A stretch of DNA of 64,000 nucleotides, taken from assembly GCA_965204895.1 (NCBI GenBank), contig OZ242025.1:833621-897620 (forward strand). The letters are read 5' to 3'. Of the stretch, positions 43,417 through 52,346 are shown piece by piece. Position numbers and translations under genes: made by a program. Positions within the stretch are counted from its first letter, which is position 1. Each line of letters begins with the position of its first letter. The notes beneath the pieces are model-generated. The model saw only the letters and a program-made list of their open reading frames with translations. It did no database searches and had not been told where the DNA came from. The DNA comes from Dehalococcoidia bacterium. Lineage in GTDB: Bacteria; Chloroflexota; Dehalococcoidia; Lucifugimonadales; UBA2985.

Positions 43417-45357
43417 ATGACCTTGCTGGTGGACAGGTGGCGGCTGATAGGTACAAAGCTGTACCTGGCCCTGGGCTTTGCAGTCATCCTCACGCTGGTG
43501 TCCGGCGCGGTTGGCGTCTACTACTTTGAGCAGAGCGGCGACGCCAACTACCGGGTGCGGTCCGAGTCTGTGCCGGCTCTTGAGGCGTCCTGGGACGCCG
43601 CACGCGAGGCGGAGCGTCTGCGAAACCTGGGACTTGGGCTGGCCGCCGCCGATTCCGGGTTCCAGGACCCGGGGCCGGGCGCAGTCGCCGGAACCCTGCA
43701 ACGGCTTGAGACGGCCTTGAGCCGGGTGCGCGGCGTGCCGGAGCTGGAGCAATACGCCAGCGCCGTGAGCGACGCCGCCTACGACCTGGCGGAGGTAATC
43801 GACAGGCTTGCCCTTAACCGCAATGAGCTTCGGATAGCAAACGACTCCGCCGCCGGCTTTCGGTCGCGCCTGGCTGCCGCTACGTCCGGCGTGGGCCAGT
43901 CGGAGGCGGCCCTGTCGGTGCTGCGGCGTGCGCTCCAGGCAAACGACGAAGCCTCGCTGGACGTACTCTGGGAAGACTTCTCGGACGTGTACGCCACCGG
44001 AATCGACCCCGCGGTGGCGTCTCTGGGCGAGGGTGAGGGCGTGTTTTACGTCCGCCGCCTGCAGCTAGCCCTGGAGGCGAACATCAGGGAGCTGGCGGTG
44101 TCCTTTGACACTGCAAACTCGGTCCTGGTGGACACAGTGGCAAACCTGTTGGAGGCGTCGGGCGCCCACTCCGAGGATTCGTTGGGGCTGGCGATAGGCA
44201 GTTTCGACGAGGGGAGGACCCTGCTGACGGCCATCAGCGTGATAAGCGTGATCGTGGCTACGTTGGCGGCCTGGCTGTGGGTTGGCAACGGAATGGTGCG
44301 ACGCCTCTCGCGGATGTCGCAGCGTATGCGGAATATGGCGGACGGAGACCTGGAGACGCCTGTGCCGGAAGTGGGCCGCGATGAGATAGGCGAGCTGGCC
44401 AATGCGCTGGAGGTGTTCCGTCAGCAGGCGCTGGAGGTGCAGCGTCTGAACCTGGTGGAGCGGCTATATGAGGAGTTGCGCCAGACCAACGCGGAGCTTG
44501 AGCGGACCCAGGCCCGCATGGTTGCACAGCAGAAACTCGCCGCCCTGGGCGAACTGGTGTCCGGCGTGGCCCACGAGATCAGCAACCCGCTGAACTTTGT
44601 CACCAACTTCTCTGAGGGCTCGCTGTCCCTCTACGAGGAGCTTGCGGAGATGCTGAACACATACCGGGAGCATATGTCAAACGAGGACTCGGAGCTGCTG
44701 GACAGCATCACGCAAGACCTCACCGACAGCCTCGGCCGCGTCCTCGCCAACGGGGGACGCGCCCTGGCCATTGTGGAGCGTATGCGCGCCCTGGGTGTCG
44801 TTGGCGGAGAACCCGTTTTGACGGACCTGAACGGAGTTGTCCAGTCGTCAGTGCAGACGGCCTGCGCCGCATTCAGCGCCCGGGTCCCGGACCTTGAGGT
44901 TGAGCCCACGTTCGAACTAGACCCGTCGGTAGGCGAAGTGCCGATGGTGGAGGGAGACTTCCTTGAGGCGATGGTGAACCTGGTCTCAAACGCCTGCCAG
45001 GCTATGCACGATAAACAGGGAGCCTCCGACGACGGCTACACGCCGAAACTGGCTATTTCGACGCGCCTGTCTGATGATGTGGCGCAAATCCGTATCCGTG
45101 ACAACGGCACGGGCATTGCGGACGATGTACTGCCGTATATCTATAATCCCTTCTTCACCACCCACTCCGGGACTTTGGGGGCCGGGCTGGGCCTCACCAT
45201 TGCCGCGGACGTGACGCGCCGGTTGGGGGGTGACATCTCCGTGGACACCGTGTACGGGGAGTACACCGAGTTCACCATGAGCATTCCCGTTGCGGGCGCT
45301 GCGCCTCCTGAGTCCAAGGAAGAAGAAGAGACCGAAGACGCGGAGGACACCGGCTAA
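43417..45357 (+). CDS. Sensor histidine kinase (TM - extracytoplasmic domain - TM - HAMP - HisKA - HATPase_c)
   Basis: HAMP RRLSRMSQRMRNMADGDLETPVPEVGRDEIGELANALEVF, H-box LVSGVAHEISNPLN, and N/G boxes NLVSNACQAM and GAGLGLTIA. No response regulator is adjacent. Confidence 0.85.
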   Translation: MTLLVDRWRLIGTKLYLALGFAVILTLVSGAVGVYYFEQSGDANYRVRSESVPALEASWDAAREAERLRNLGLGLAAADSGFQDPGPGAVAGTLQRLETALSRVRGVPELEQYASAVSDAAYDLAEVIDRLALNRNELRIANDSAAGFRSRLAAATSGVGQSEAALSVLRRALQANDEASLDVLWEDFSDVYATGIDPAVASLGEGEGVFYVRRLQLALEANIRELAVSFDTANSVLVDTVANLLEASGAHSEDSLGLAIGSFDEGRTLLTAISVISVIVATLAAWLWVGNGMVRRLSRMSQRMRNMADGDLETPVPEVGRDEIGELANALEVFRQQALEVQRLNLVERLYEELRQTNAELERTQARMVAQQKLAALGELVSGVAHEISNPLNFVTNFSEGSLSLYEELAEMLNTYREHMSNEDSELLDSITQDLTDSLGRVLANGGRALAIVERMRALGVVGGEPVLTDLNGVVQSSVQTACAAFSARVPDLEVEPTFELDPSVGEVPMVEGDFLEAMVNLVSNACQAMHDKQGASDDGYTPKLAISTRLSDDVAQIRIRDNGTGIADDVLPYIYNPFFTTHSGTLGAGLGLTIAADVTRRLGGDISVDTVYGEYTEFTMSIPVAGAAPPESKEEEETEDAEDTG

Positions 45358-45422
45358 AACAGGCGCCGGCGGCTCGCGGCATCACCAATTCTGACTAACC
45401 GGCCTGGCAGGACCGGCTCCGG

Positions 45423-46595
45423 TTATTCCCGTCGTAGGATCAGGTAGGTAAAGACGCTTACCGCCAGTACGCTTGTGATGGCCTGGATTATGATCAGCGT
45501 GGCGCGCCGCCGTGGGGAGGAGGCAATGCCGCCCAGGGTGTCGCGGACGCGGGGTACGGCGTCTCCCAATACGGGTACAGCGGGCCGTTCCAACTCGCGG
45601 CTGGCGGGTCGCAGCGACGGCTCCGCGGTGCCCAGCGCAGTCAGGACGGCGGTGGGAGTAGCGGTGGGCTCCGCCGTGGGAGTGGCCGTTGGCGCAGGCG
45701 TGCTGGTGGGTACGGGAACGAGTGTCGGCGCAGGAGTGGGCGTTGGTGTGGGCGTAGGCGTCTGAGTTGGAGTTGGCGTAGGAGTAGGCGTGGCTGTGGG
45801 TACAGGAGTAGGAGTCGACGTTGGCCTGGGAGTTGGCGTCTCGGTTGGCTCAGGTGTAGGAGTAGGCTCAGGCATCGGCGTGGATGTAGGTGGGGGAACA
45901 GGTGTAGGCGTAGCAGTGGCGAGCGGCGTGGGAGTAGGAGTAGGAGTAGGAGTAGGTGTAGGAGTAGGAGTAGGAGTCGATGTGGGAGTTGCCGTCGGGT
46001 CTGGGGTGGGAGTGGGAGTGGGTGGGTCCGGCTCCGGTGGGGGCGGTGGTGGTGGTGGTGGTGGTGGTGGTGGTGGAGGCGTGTCGCCGTCTTTGTCCAG
46101 TACTCGCCTCTCGAAACGGCTACTTTCTGCACAGATTGGCCCGGCGGCCTCGTATTCGGGGAATACCGGATTTACCTCAATACATATTGTCCTGCCTGTT
46201 GTCACTGCCCCGTTATCATCAGCCACTTTGACGAAGTAGGACACTTCGTCCGTCTTGTCTCCGGGCCAAAAGGCGAAGGCAATCAGATCAGGGCCGGAAA
46301 ATTCCGGCAGAGAGTCATAAGCTCTGATACCGCCCAGGAGTCTCCCGCCATCGAGACCAGGGTAGTTCGCAGTGACAGGCGTGTTGATTTCCAGGGTGAC
46401 TTCCAGAGAGTTGCCCTCCAGCACTTCAGACGAGGGGACGACGCTCTTCAGGCTAACCACCCGCAGTTTTTGCTCATCCACCGGTGGCTCTTGTCCAACC
46501 ACACGATAGTCGGACTGAATGGTAAGGGTTGCAAGGGCAACCCAGACGGCCAGTAAGACACCCTTGATACCGGAGGCTCTAACGGATCTCAGCAC
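45423..46595 (-). CDS. Exported protein with a ~190-residue Pro/Thr low-complexity tract and a C-terminal TM anchor
   Basis: N-terminal signal-like segment and a beta-rich ~150-aa domain. Then P16 followed by (TP)n/(PT)n arrays. C-terminus LIIIQAITSVLAVSVFTYLIL. Confidence 0.6.
   Translation of the reverse strand: MLRSVRASGIKGVLLAVWVALATLTIQSDYRVVGQEPPVDEQKLRVVSLKSVVPSSEVLEGNSLEVTLEINTPVTANYPGLDGGRLLGGIRAYDSLPEFSGPDLIAFAFWPGDKTDEVSYFVKVADDNGAVTTGRTICIEVNPVFPEYEAAGPICAESSRFERRVLDKDGDTPPPPPPPPPPPPPPPEPDPPTPTPTPDPTATPTSTPTPTPTPTPTPTPTPTPLATATPTPVPPPTSTPMPEPTPTPEPTETPTPRPTSTPTPVPTATPTPTPTPTQTPTPTPTPTPAPTLVPVPTSTPAPTATPTAEPTATPTAVLTALGTAEPSLRPASRELERPAVPVLGDAVPRVRDTLGGIASSPRRRATLIIIQAITSVLAVSVFTYLILRRE
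46045..46074. repeat. (GGT)10 microsatellite, = (CCA)10 on the coding strand, encoding part of a 16-Pro run
   Basis: Ten uninterrupted ggt units. Adjacent GTAGGA-type hexamer arrays at 45930-45980 encode (TP)n. Confidence 0.9.
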
Positions 46596-46794
46596 TTGTG
46601 GTAGCAGACCTTTCCGGCTACGCCTTGTGCTACGGTTTGCGATACGCTTCTACCTCGCGTAATGAACTACTCTCTCTTATTATCCTATTATTGCCTGTCA
46701 GTCAAGGATATGCCTGCGGAGCGTCGCGCGCGTGGTGTGGGGATGGCGTGGCCGGACGATAGGCGCCAGTAATAGTTCCGGTTCCCAGTAGCGG

Positions 46795-46868
46795 TGGGCG
46801 ATAGAGGACTCGAACCTCTGGCCTCTTGCGTGTAAAGCAAGCGCTCTAACCAACTGAGCTAATCGCCC
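46795..46868 (-). tRNA. tRNA-Val (anticodon TAC)
   Basis: The reverse complement is GGGCGAT-TA-GCTC-AGTTGGTTA-GAGC, anticodon stem CTTGC/GCAAG with loop TTTACAC, T-arm AGAGG-TTCGAGT-CCTCT. Confidence 0.88.
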
Positions 46869-46887
46869 TTGGCATTGACATGGAAAA

Positions 46888-46963
46888 TGGCGCGCTTGGC
46901 GGGACTCGAACCCACGGCCTCAGCCTCCGCAGGGCTGCGCTCTATCCACTGAGCTACAAGCGC
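46888..46963 (-). tRNA. tRNA-Arg with anticodon GCG (unusual for bacteria), CCA encoded
   Basis: The reverse complement is GCGCTTG-TA-GCTC-AGTGGATA-GAGC-G-CAGCC-CTGCGGA-GGCTG-AGGCC-GTGGG-TTCGAGT-CCCGC-CAAGCGC-G-CCA. Positions 34-36 read GCG. Confidence 0.8.
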
Positions 46964-47084
46964 GCTTTGCCACCGCACGCCCACATCGCCACCACTCTAA
47001 CATCTTACTCGCTGACACCTGGTGACAGCAATAGGGCGTGGGGTGGCGTCAAGGCTATCGCATGAAGGCTGTTTAACTACCGTC

Positions 47085-47104
47085 ATACCGGCGGAAGCCG
47101 GTAT
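47085..47104. repeat. REP-like hairpin, class A (ataccggc-ggaa-gccggtat), inverse orientation
   Basis: Perfect 8-bp inverted repeat within cgtcataccggcggaagccggtatccag. Confidence 0.7.
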
Positions 47105-47160
47105 CCAGTCACCGGCCCCGTCAATATACTTTCCTGTTCTTTCACTTTGGAACCTGCTGG

Positions 47161-47180
47161 ACTCCGGCTTTCGCCGGAGT
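47161..47180. repeat. REP-like hairpin, class A (actccggc-tttc-gccggagt)
   Basis: Perfect 8-bp inverted repeat within ctggactccggctttcgccggagtgacgg. Confidence 0.7.
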
Positions 47181-47276
47181 GACGGAGGTGTAACCTTTGA
47201 TGCAATTGCCCTGAGAGCGGCGCCGGACGTCCCTCGCCAGTATTAGCCTGCACTGCCGGCTGGGAGATGGTCTATA

Positions 47277-47519
47277 ATGTCAGCGATGAACGGTCTTGAA
47301 TCACTGGGCAGGGCGCTTGTTCTATTGGGGGTGTTCGCCTTTCTGTTGGGCGTGCTGCTAATTCTGGCCCCCAAGATACCCTACCTGGGGCGGCTTCCGG
47401 GGGACATCCTTGTGCGAAAGGGCAGCTTCACACTCTACGTTCCCCTTCTTACTATGGCGCTTGTCAGCATAGGTCTCACCCTTGTGCTGAACCTTGTCCT
47501 CAGGATCTTCCGCAGTTAG
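47277..47519 (+). CDS. DUF2905 family small membrane protein
   Basis: Two TM segments and the family motif YLGRLPGDILVRKGSFTLYVPL. Confidence 0.7.
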   Translation: MSAMNGLESLGRALVLLGVFAFLLGVLLILAPKIPYLGRLPGDILVRKGSFTLYVPLLTMALVSIGLTLVLNLVLRIFRS

Positions 47520-47522
47520 CCA

Positions 47523-48566
47523 ATGCGTACCAGCGACTACGACTACCATCTGCCGGAGCGCCTGATTGCCCAGACCCCAATGGAGCCGCGAGACCACTCC
47601 CGGCTGCTGGTTGTGGACGCGGCCACGGGAGACTTCTCCCACCGGCGTTTCTACGATGTCGGCGACTTCCTGCGGCCCGGCGACCTTCTTGTGGTCAACA
47701 ACAGCCGCGTGATTCCCGCCCGGCTCAGGGGCCGGAGAAGCTCCGGCGGCGCGGTGGAGGTGTTGCTGCTGCATCGACAGGAGGCCGGGTTGTGGAGAGC
47801 CATGCTCAGGCCCGGACGCCGCCTTGGGCCTGGGGCGGTCTTCGACATAGACGGCGTCTCTGCCGAGGTGGTTGAAGACACGGGCGACGGCACGCGGCTG
47901 ATTCGCCTCTCGGACGAGGGCGTCATCCAAAGCTCAGGAGAGATGCCTTTGCCCCCCTACATCCACACGCCCCTGGCGGATGGAGAGCGCTATCAGACCG
48001 TGTACGCCAGCTCTGAGGGCAGCGCCGCCGCGCCCACGGCCGGCCTGCACTTTACACCGGAGCTCCTGGACAGCCTGCATCGCAGAGGCATAAGGCTGGC
48101 CGAAGTCACCCTTCACGTGGGCATAGACACCTTCAGGCCGGTGCGCTCGGAGGACCCGGGCAGGCACAAGCTGCATTCGGAGTACTTCCACCTGGACGAG
48201 GAGGCCGCGAGAGAGATCAGCCGGGCAAAGGAAGACGGCCGGCGGGTGATCTGCGTTGGCACTACCAGCGTCAGGCTGCTGGAGCAGGCGGCTTTGCTCG
48301 CAGAGGCAGGGGGCTCAGCAACCGTCGCCGCCGCGTCCGGATGGGCGGACCTGTTCATTCTGCCCGGACACCGCTTCCGGTTGGTGGACGGCCTGATAAC
48401 CAACTTCCACCTGCCGCGCTCAACCCTGTTGATGCTGGTTTCGGCATTCGCAGGGAGAGGCCGCGCGGAGGACGAGGGCAGACGGCTCATACTGAGGGCG
48501 TATCGGGAGGCTATTGAGCAGGAGTATCGCTTCTACAGCTTTGGCGACTGCATGGTTATCCTCTAG
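47523..48566 (+). CDS. queA: S-adenosylmethionine:tRNA ribosyltransferase-isomerase
   Basis: TSDYDYHLPERLIAQTPMEPRDHSRLLV, PLPPYI, APTAGLHFT, VGTTSVR and TNFHLPRSTLLMLVSAF. Confidence 0.95.
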   Translation: MRTSDYDYHLPERLIAQTPMEPRDHSRLLVVDAATGDFSHRRFYDVGDFLRPGDLLVVNNSRVIPARLRGRRSSGGAVEVLLLHRQEAGLWRAMLRPGRRLGPGAVFDIDGVSAEVVEDTGDGTRLIRLSDEGVIQSSGEMPLPPYIHTPLADGERYQTVYASSEGSAAAPTAGLHFTPELLDSLHRRGIRLAEVTLHVGIDTFRPVRSEDPGRHKLHSEYFHLDEEAAREISRAKEDGRRVICVGTTSVRLLEQAALLAEAGGSATVAAASGWADLFILPGHRFRLVDGLITNFHLPRSTLLMLVSAFAGRGRAEDEGRRLILRAYREAIEQEYRFYSFGDCMVIL

Positions 48567-49079
48567 TCGTACGCGTAGTCGTACGCGGCAAATCTTGCAG
48601 ATTGGGCGGCTCGCTTTGTTGCGCTTACCCGCTCGGCGCCGCGCATCAACGACGTAACTGGCGCGGAGCGCGGGTGAAGTAGTCGCATATCGTAGCGCGA
48701 TGCCCGGATATCGGCAGGGCACAAGGTTGTCAGGGGTTGACAATACACGCAAAAGGCATTAGGGTATTTCGGATATTCATCACTAGACCGAGTTGAGGAT
48801 GAAGGCGCAGGGTAGATTCCCAAGCAACTCGACCGCCCGCTTCCATCAAGCATGATGCGCCGACCCCTCGTAGATAAGTTGCCATGCGCCCGCCTTGCGG
48901 GACAGCGTGACCCCCAGTCCGCTTGTCTGGGGAAATACGACAGAGGAGGTGAAAGGGTCGCAGATACTCCGGAAATATGCGTGGGTCTAAATGAGCTTCA
49001 AGCCTGACGTGACCCACTGATCCACTCGTTGGTTGTACAGAAACGGAACCGGAAACAAGTCTATTAGGAGGAGAATCAC

Positions 49080-50429
49080 ATGTTAGGAAAGGTCTCAAAG
49101 ACCAAGTTCCTTGCGCTCTTTGTGGTGATTGCGGCCCTCGCGGTTGTGATGGCCTGTGGCGAAGACGAACCCACCGCTGCGCCGGCTCCGACGGCGACCG
49201 AGGTCATGATGGAGCCAACAGCGACCGAGGCCATGATGGAGCCCACGGCCACGGAAGCCATGATGGAGCCCACGGCCACGGAAGCCATGATGATGGAGCC
49301 CACGGCCACGGAAGCCATGATGATGGAGCCCACGGCCACCGAGGCCATGATGGAGCCCACGGCCACGGAAGCCATGATGATGGAGCCCACGGCCACGGAA
49401 GCCATGATGATGGAGAAGGAGAAGGAAGTCATCAGGTTCCACGACGGGCAGTGGGGAAGCCTCTGGGCGCATAACGCCATCGCCATGTACATTGTGGAGG
49501 TTGGCTACGGGTACCCGGTGGAGGAGGTCCAGGGCACCACGGGCACCATGCAGGTAACCCTGCCTCAGGGCGACGTGCACGTCAACATGGAGCTGTGGCG
49601 GGCCAACGTACTTGAATGGTACAGAGGAGAGATTGAGAAGGGTACCGTCATGGACCTGGCCGGCACCGTTGACAACGTTGACAACGCCGCCAAGGGCCAG
49701 ATTCTGGAGGTCTCCCGCCAGGGCTTCTACGTGCCGACGTACGTGATTGAAGGCGACGCCGAGCGCGGCATTGAGGCCAGCGCCCCCGACCTGAGTTCGG
49801 TGGATGACCTGCCCCAGTACGCGGACGTGTTCGCTGACCCCAGCGACCCGGGCAAGGGCGCAGTGCTCAATTGCATCATCGGCTGGTCCTGCCAGAAGAT
49901 CAACAGGGCCAAGTGGCACGCCTACGGCCTGTACGACACCTACAATGTGATTGAGCCCGGCGGGTCTGCGGCCCTCAAGGCCGGCATTGTCAGCGCCTAC
50001 GAGGCCGGCGACCCAGTCCTGGCCTACTACTGGGAGCCCACGGACGTTGTGGACCAGTACGACCTGACCCTCCTGGAAGAGCCTGAGTACAATGCGGAAT
50101 GCCAGGAGATGATACAGGCGGCGATTCAGGAAGAGCCCTACGAGTCTGAGGTCGGTTGCGCCTACGAGGCCCTGGACGTTCACTCCGCCATCTACTCCGG
50201 CCTGGCGGAGCGCGCGCCTGAGGTGGTGGATTTCCTGGGCAACCTGTTCATCGGAGCCCTTGCGGTAGGTGAGCTGGAGGCGTGGCAGGCTGAGAACGAC
50301 GCCGAGTGGGTAGACGTTGCCATCTATTACCTGAAGGACAACAGGGACGTCTGGACCACCTGGATCACCGGCGACCACGCTGACGAGATCATCGCCAAGG
50401 TGGACGCGGAGCTGGCCAGGGAAGGCTAA
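49080..50429 (+). CDS. Glycine betaine/proline betaine-type ABC substrate-binding lipoprotein (OpuAC/ProX family) with a repeat linker
   Basis: Lipobox VVMACG and MMEPTATEA repeats. The mature domain (FHDGQWGSLWAHNAIAMYIVEVGYGYPVE...GWSCQ...YYWEPT) resembles OpuAC. Confidence 0.65.
   Translation: MLGKVSKTKFLALFVVIAALAVVMACGEDEPTAAPAPTATEVMMEPTATEAMMEPTATEAMMEPTATEAMMMEPTATEAMMMEPTATEAMMEPTATEAMMMEPTATEAMMMEKEKEVIRFHDGQWGSLWAHNAIAMYIVEVGYGYPVEEVQGTTGTMQVTLPQGDVHVNMELWRANVLEWYRGEIEKGTVMDLAGTVDNVDNAAKGQILEVSRQGFYVPTYVIEGDAERGIEASAPDLSSVDDLPQYADVFADPSDPGKGAVLNCIIGWSCQKINRAKWHAYGLYDTYNVIEPGGSAALKAGIVSAYEAGDPVLAYYWEPTDVVDQYDLTLLEEPEYNAECQEMIQAAIQEEPYESEVGCAYEALDVHSAIYSGLAERAPEVVDFLGNLFIGALAVGELEAWQAENDAEWVDVAIYYLKDNRDVWTTWITGDHADEIIAKVDAELAREG
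49188..49412 (+). repeat. Tandem 27/30-bp coding repeat (PTATEAMM[M]E, about 8 units)
   Basis: Units atgatg(atg)gagcccacggccacggaagcc recur almost identically, encoding the linker after the lipobox. Confidence 0.9.
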
Positions 50430-50602
50430 AACAACTCTGTAACTCAGAGCGTACCGAAGAGGTGGAGGAGCCTTGCTCCTCCACCTCTTTAGTTTTGTGC
50501 TCGCCCATCTCCTGAGGCCGCAAGTGGCGCGCCTGTAATGCCCCGTGCTATTCTTGAAATCTGGTCTTGGGTCGATATAGGCTAATGTGAGAGGGCTGGA
50601 CA

Positions 50603-51844
50603 ATGGAGCTGATTGTTGCGCTTATAGTTGGACTCATCCTGGGAGGAGCAGCCTGCTGGCTGGTGCAGGAGTCCCGGGCCAGGAGCCGCCTGGCTGAACA
50701 GGACGCTGGCAGCCGGGAGGCCATCGCCGGGCTGCGGGGACAGCTGGAGCAGGCCGACAACGCCGCCAAAATCCTGGAGTCTGCCAGGGAGCAGCTTAGC
50801 GAGACGTTCCAGGCAACGGCCAGTCGCGCTTTGCAGAACAACAGCCAGCAGTTCATCACAGTTGCCAACGAGAACTTCGGTAAGACCCTGGAGTCGGCGA
50901 AGGGGGACTTCAAGCAGCGCCACGAGCAGTTTGAGGCCCTGGTCAAGCCACTTACCCAAAACTATGAGAGGCTCAACCCCCAAATAGAATCGCTGATAAA
51001 GCAGAGCCGGGACCTGGCCGCCGAGACAGGCAGGCTGTCCAACGCCCTGACCAACAACCGGCAGATAGGCAGCTGGGGCGAGGTGCAGCTGCGCCGGGTG
51101 GTGGAGCTGGCGGGGATGACGGAGCACTGCGACTTCATTGAGCAGAACGCCATCCCCGGCTCCGGCGAGCGGCCGGACCTGACCGTGAAGCTGCCTGAGA
51201 AAAGGGCGGTTGTGGTCGACGCCAAGGCGTCGACGGCGGCGTACATGGAGGCCTATCAGTCGGAGGATGAAGCCGGGCAGAGCGAGGCCATGATGCGCCA
51301 CGCCCGGGCCCTTCGCACCCAGGTGGACGACCTGGCCGGGAAGAACTACGGCGCATCGGTTGAGGGGTCGCTGGACTTCGTGGTCATGTTCGTGCCTGGT
51401 GACCAGTTCCTGGCGGCGGCCCTGAACGCTAACCCCAACCTCATCGAGTACGCCATGGGCAAGCGTGTGGCCATCGCAACCCCGGCGTCCCTGGTCTCGC
51501 TCCTTTGGGCAGTGGCCAACGGCTGGCAGCGCCATCGCATCGCCGAGAACGCGGAGGCCATTCGCCAGGCGGGGGAGGAGATGCACAGGCGTATGCAGAG
51601 GTTCATCAGCCTGTACCAGAACGTGGGCAAGGAGCTTGCGTCTGCGGTCAAGGCCTTCAATGACTCTATCGGCAGCTTTGACAGCAGGGTGGTCCCCCAG
51701 GGGCGAAGGTTCGCTCAGCTTGTCCACAACAATGAGGAGGAGTTCACGCAGCCCCAGGCCATCGACGAGGCGGTGTCCGCCTCCCGCTACGCCAACGATC
51801 ACGCGCCCGCCATATCCGAAGGCGACGGCCGGAAGCCGGACTGA
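50603..51844 (+). CDS. rmuC: DNA recombination protein RmuC
   Basis: N-terminal TM and coiled coil. SNALTNNRQIGSWGEVQLRRVVELAGM, PDLTVKLPEKRAVVVDAK and DFVVMFVPGDQFL are typical of RmuC. Confidence 0.88.
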   Translation: MELIVALIVGLILGGAACWLVQESRARSRLAEQDAGSREAIAGLRGQLEQADNAAKILESAREQLSETFQATASRALQNNSQQFITVANENFGKTLESAKGDFKQRHEQFEALVKPLTQNYERLNPQIESLIKQSRDLAAETGRLSNALTNNRQIGSWGEVQLRRVVELAGMTEHCDFIEQNAIPGSGERPDLTVKLPEKRAVVVDAKASTAAYMEAYQSEDEAGQSEAMMRHARALRTQVDDLAGKNYGASVEGSLDFVVMFVPGDQFLAAALNANPNLIEYAMGKRVAIATPASLVSLLWAVANGWQRHRIAENAEAIRQAGEEMHRRMQRFISLYQNVGKELASAVKAFNDSIGSFDSRVVPQGRRFAQLVHNNEEEFTQPQAIDEAVSASRYANDHAPAISEGDGRKPD

Positions 51845-51897
51845 GTCGAGTCGCCCGCAGACCCTTAACCCGAAGAGAAATTTCAAGGAGGACACGA

Positions 51898-52338
51898 ATG
51901 GCTACAACACGAAGAGCAGAGGCGGTGTGGAACGGAGACCTGATATCCGGGAACGGAGCGGTGAGCGCGGCCAGCAGCGGCGCGTTCACGGACCTGCCGG
52001 TGACGTGGGTGTCCAGGACCGAGGCGCCGGGCGGCAAGACCAGCCCGGAGGAGCTGGTGGCCTCCGCGCACGCCGCCTGCTACTGCATGGCGCTGTCCTA
52101 CGGGCTGGCCGGAGCGGGCACGCCTCCCACCAAGCTGGAGGTGAGCGCGACGGTGACCTTTGAGCTGGGCGACGCGGGGCCCAGGGTCGCCTCCAGCGCC
52201 CTGACCGTGCGTGGAGAGGTGCCAGGAATCGATGCCGCTGCCTTCAAGGAGGCTGCGGAGTCGGCCAAGGACGGCTGCCCCATATCCCAGGCGCTCCAGG
52301 GCAACGTGGCACTCAGCGTAGAGGCGACGCTGGCGTAG
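51898..52338 (+). CDS. osmC: OsmC family peroxiredoxin
   Basis: TSPEELVASAHAACYCMAL and KDGCPISQAL, the two conserved Cys contexts of OsmC. 146 aa. Confidence 0.85.
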   Translation: MATTRRAEAVWNGDLISGNGAVSAASSGAFTDLPVTWVSRTEAPGGKTSPEELVASAHAACYCMALSYGLAGAGTPPTKLEVSATVTFELGDAGPRVASSALTVRGEVPGIDAAAFKEAAESAKDGCPISQALQGNVALSVEATLA

Positions 52339-52346
52339 GAGCCGCC

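Noticed and set aside
45650-46040. The dense GTAGGA/GGAGTA hexamer arrays and GGT run might be a non-coding satellite or a repeat-spacer structure.
   Set aside because: They sit inside an intact 390-aa minus-strand ORF and translate to continuous (TP)n/(P)n low-complexity linker. This is the same theme as in other exported proteins here.
47022-47246. Small ORFs encoding peptides such as VIPAEAGIQ, WIPASAGMT and DSCFRRNDS (also parts of 676..1401 and 39982..40350).
   Set aside because: These are read-throughs of the REP-like palindromic hairpins. The peptide motifs simply mirror the repeat consensus in different frames.
48730-48800. Possible guanidine-I (ykkC) riboswitch, because of tagggtatttcgg ... 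ctagaccgag resembling UAGGGUUCCGG ... GGUCCGAGAG.
   Set aside because: The downstream conserved ACGGCGGGA...GCCCGGGAGA half of the motif is absent and the helices do not line up. The resemblance is limited to two short strings.
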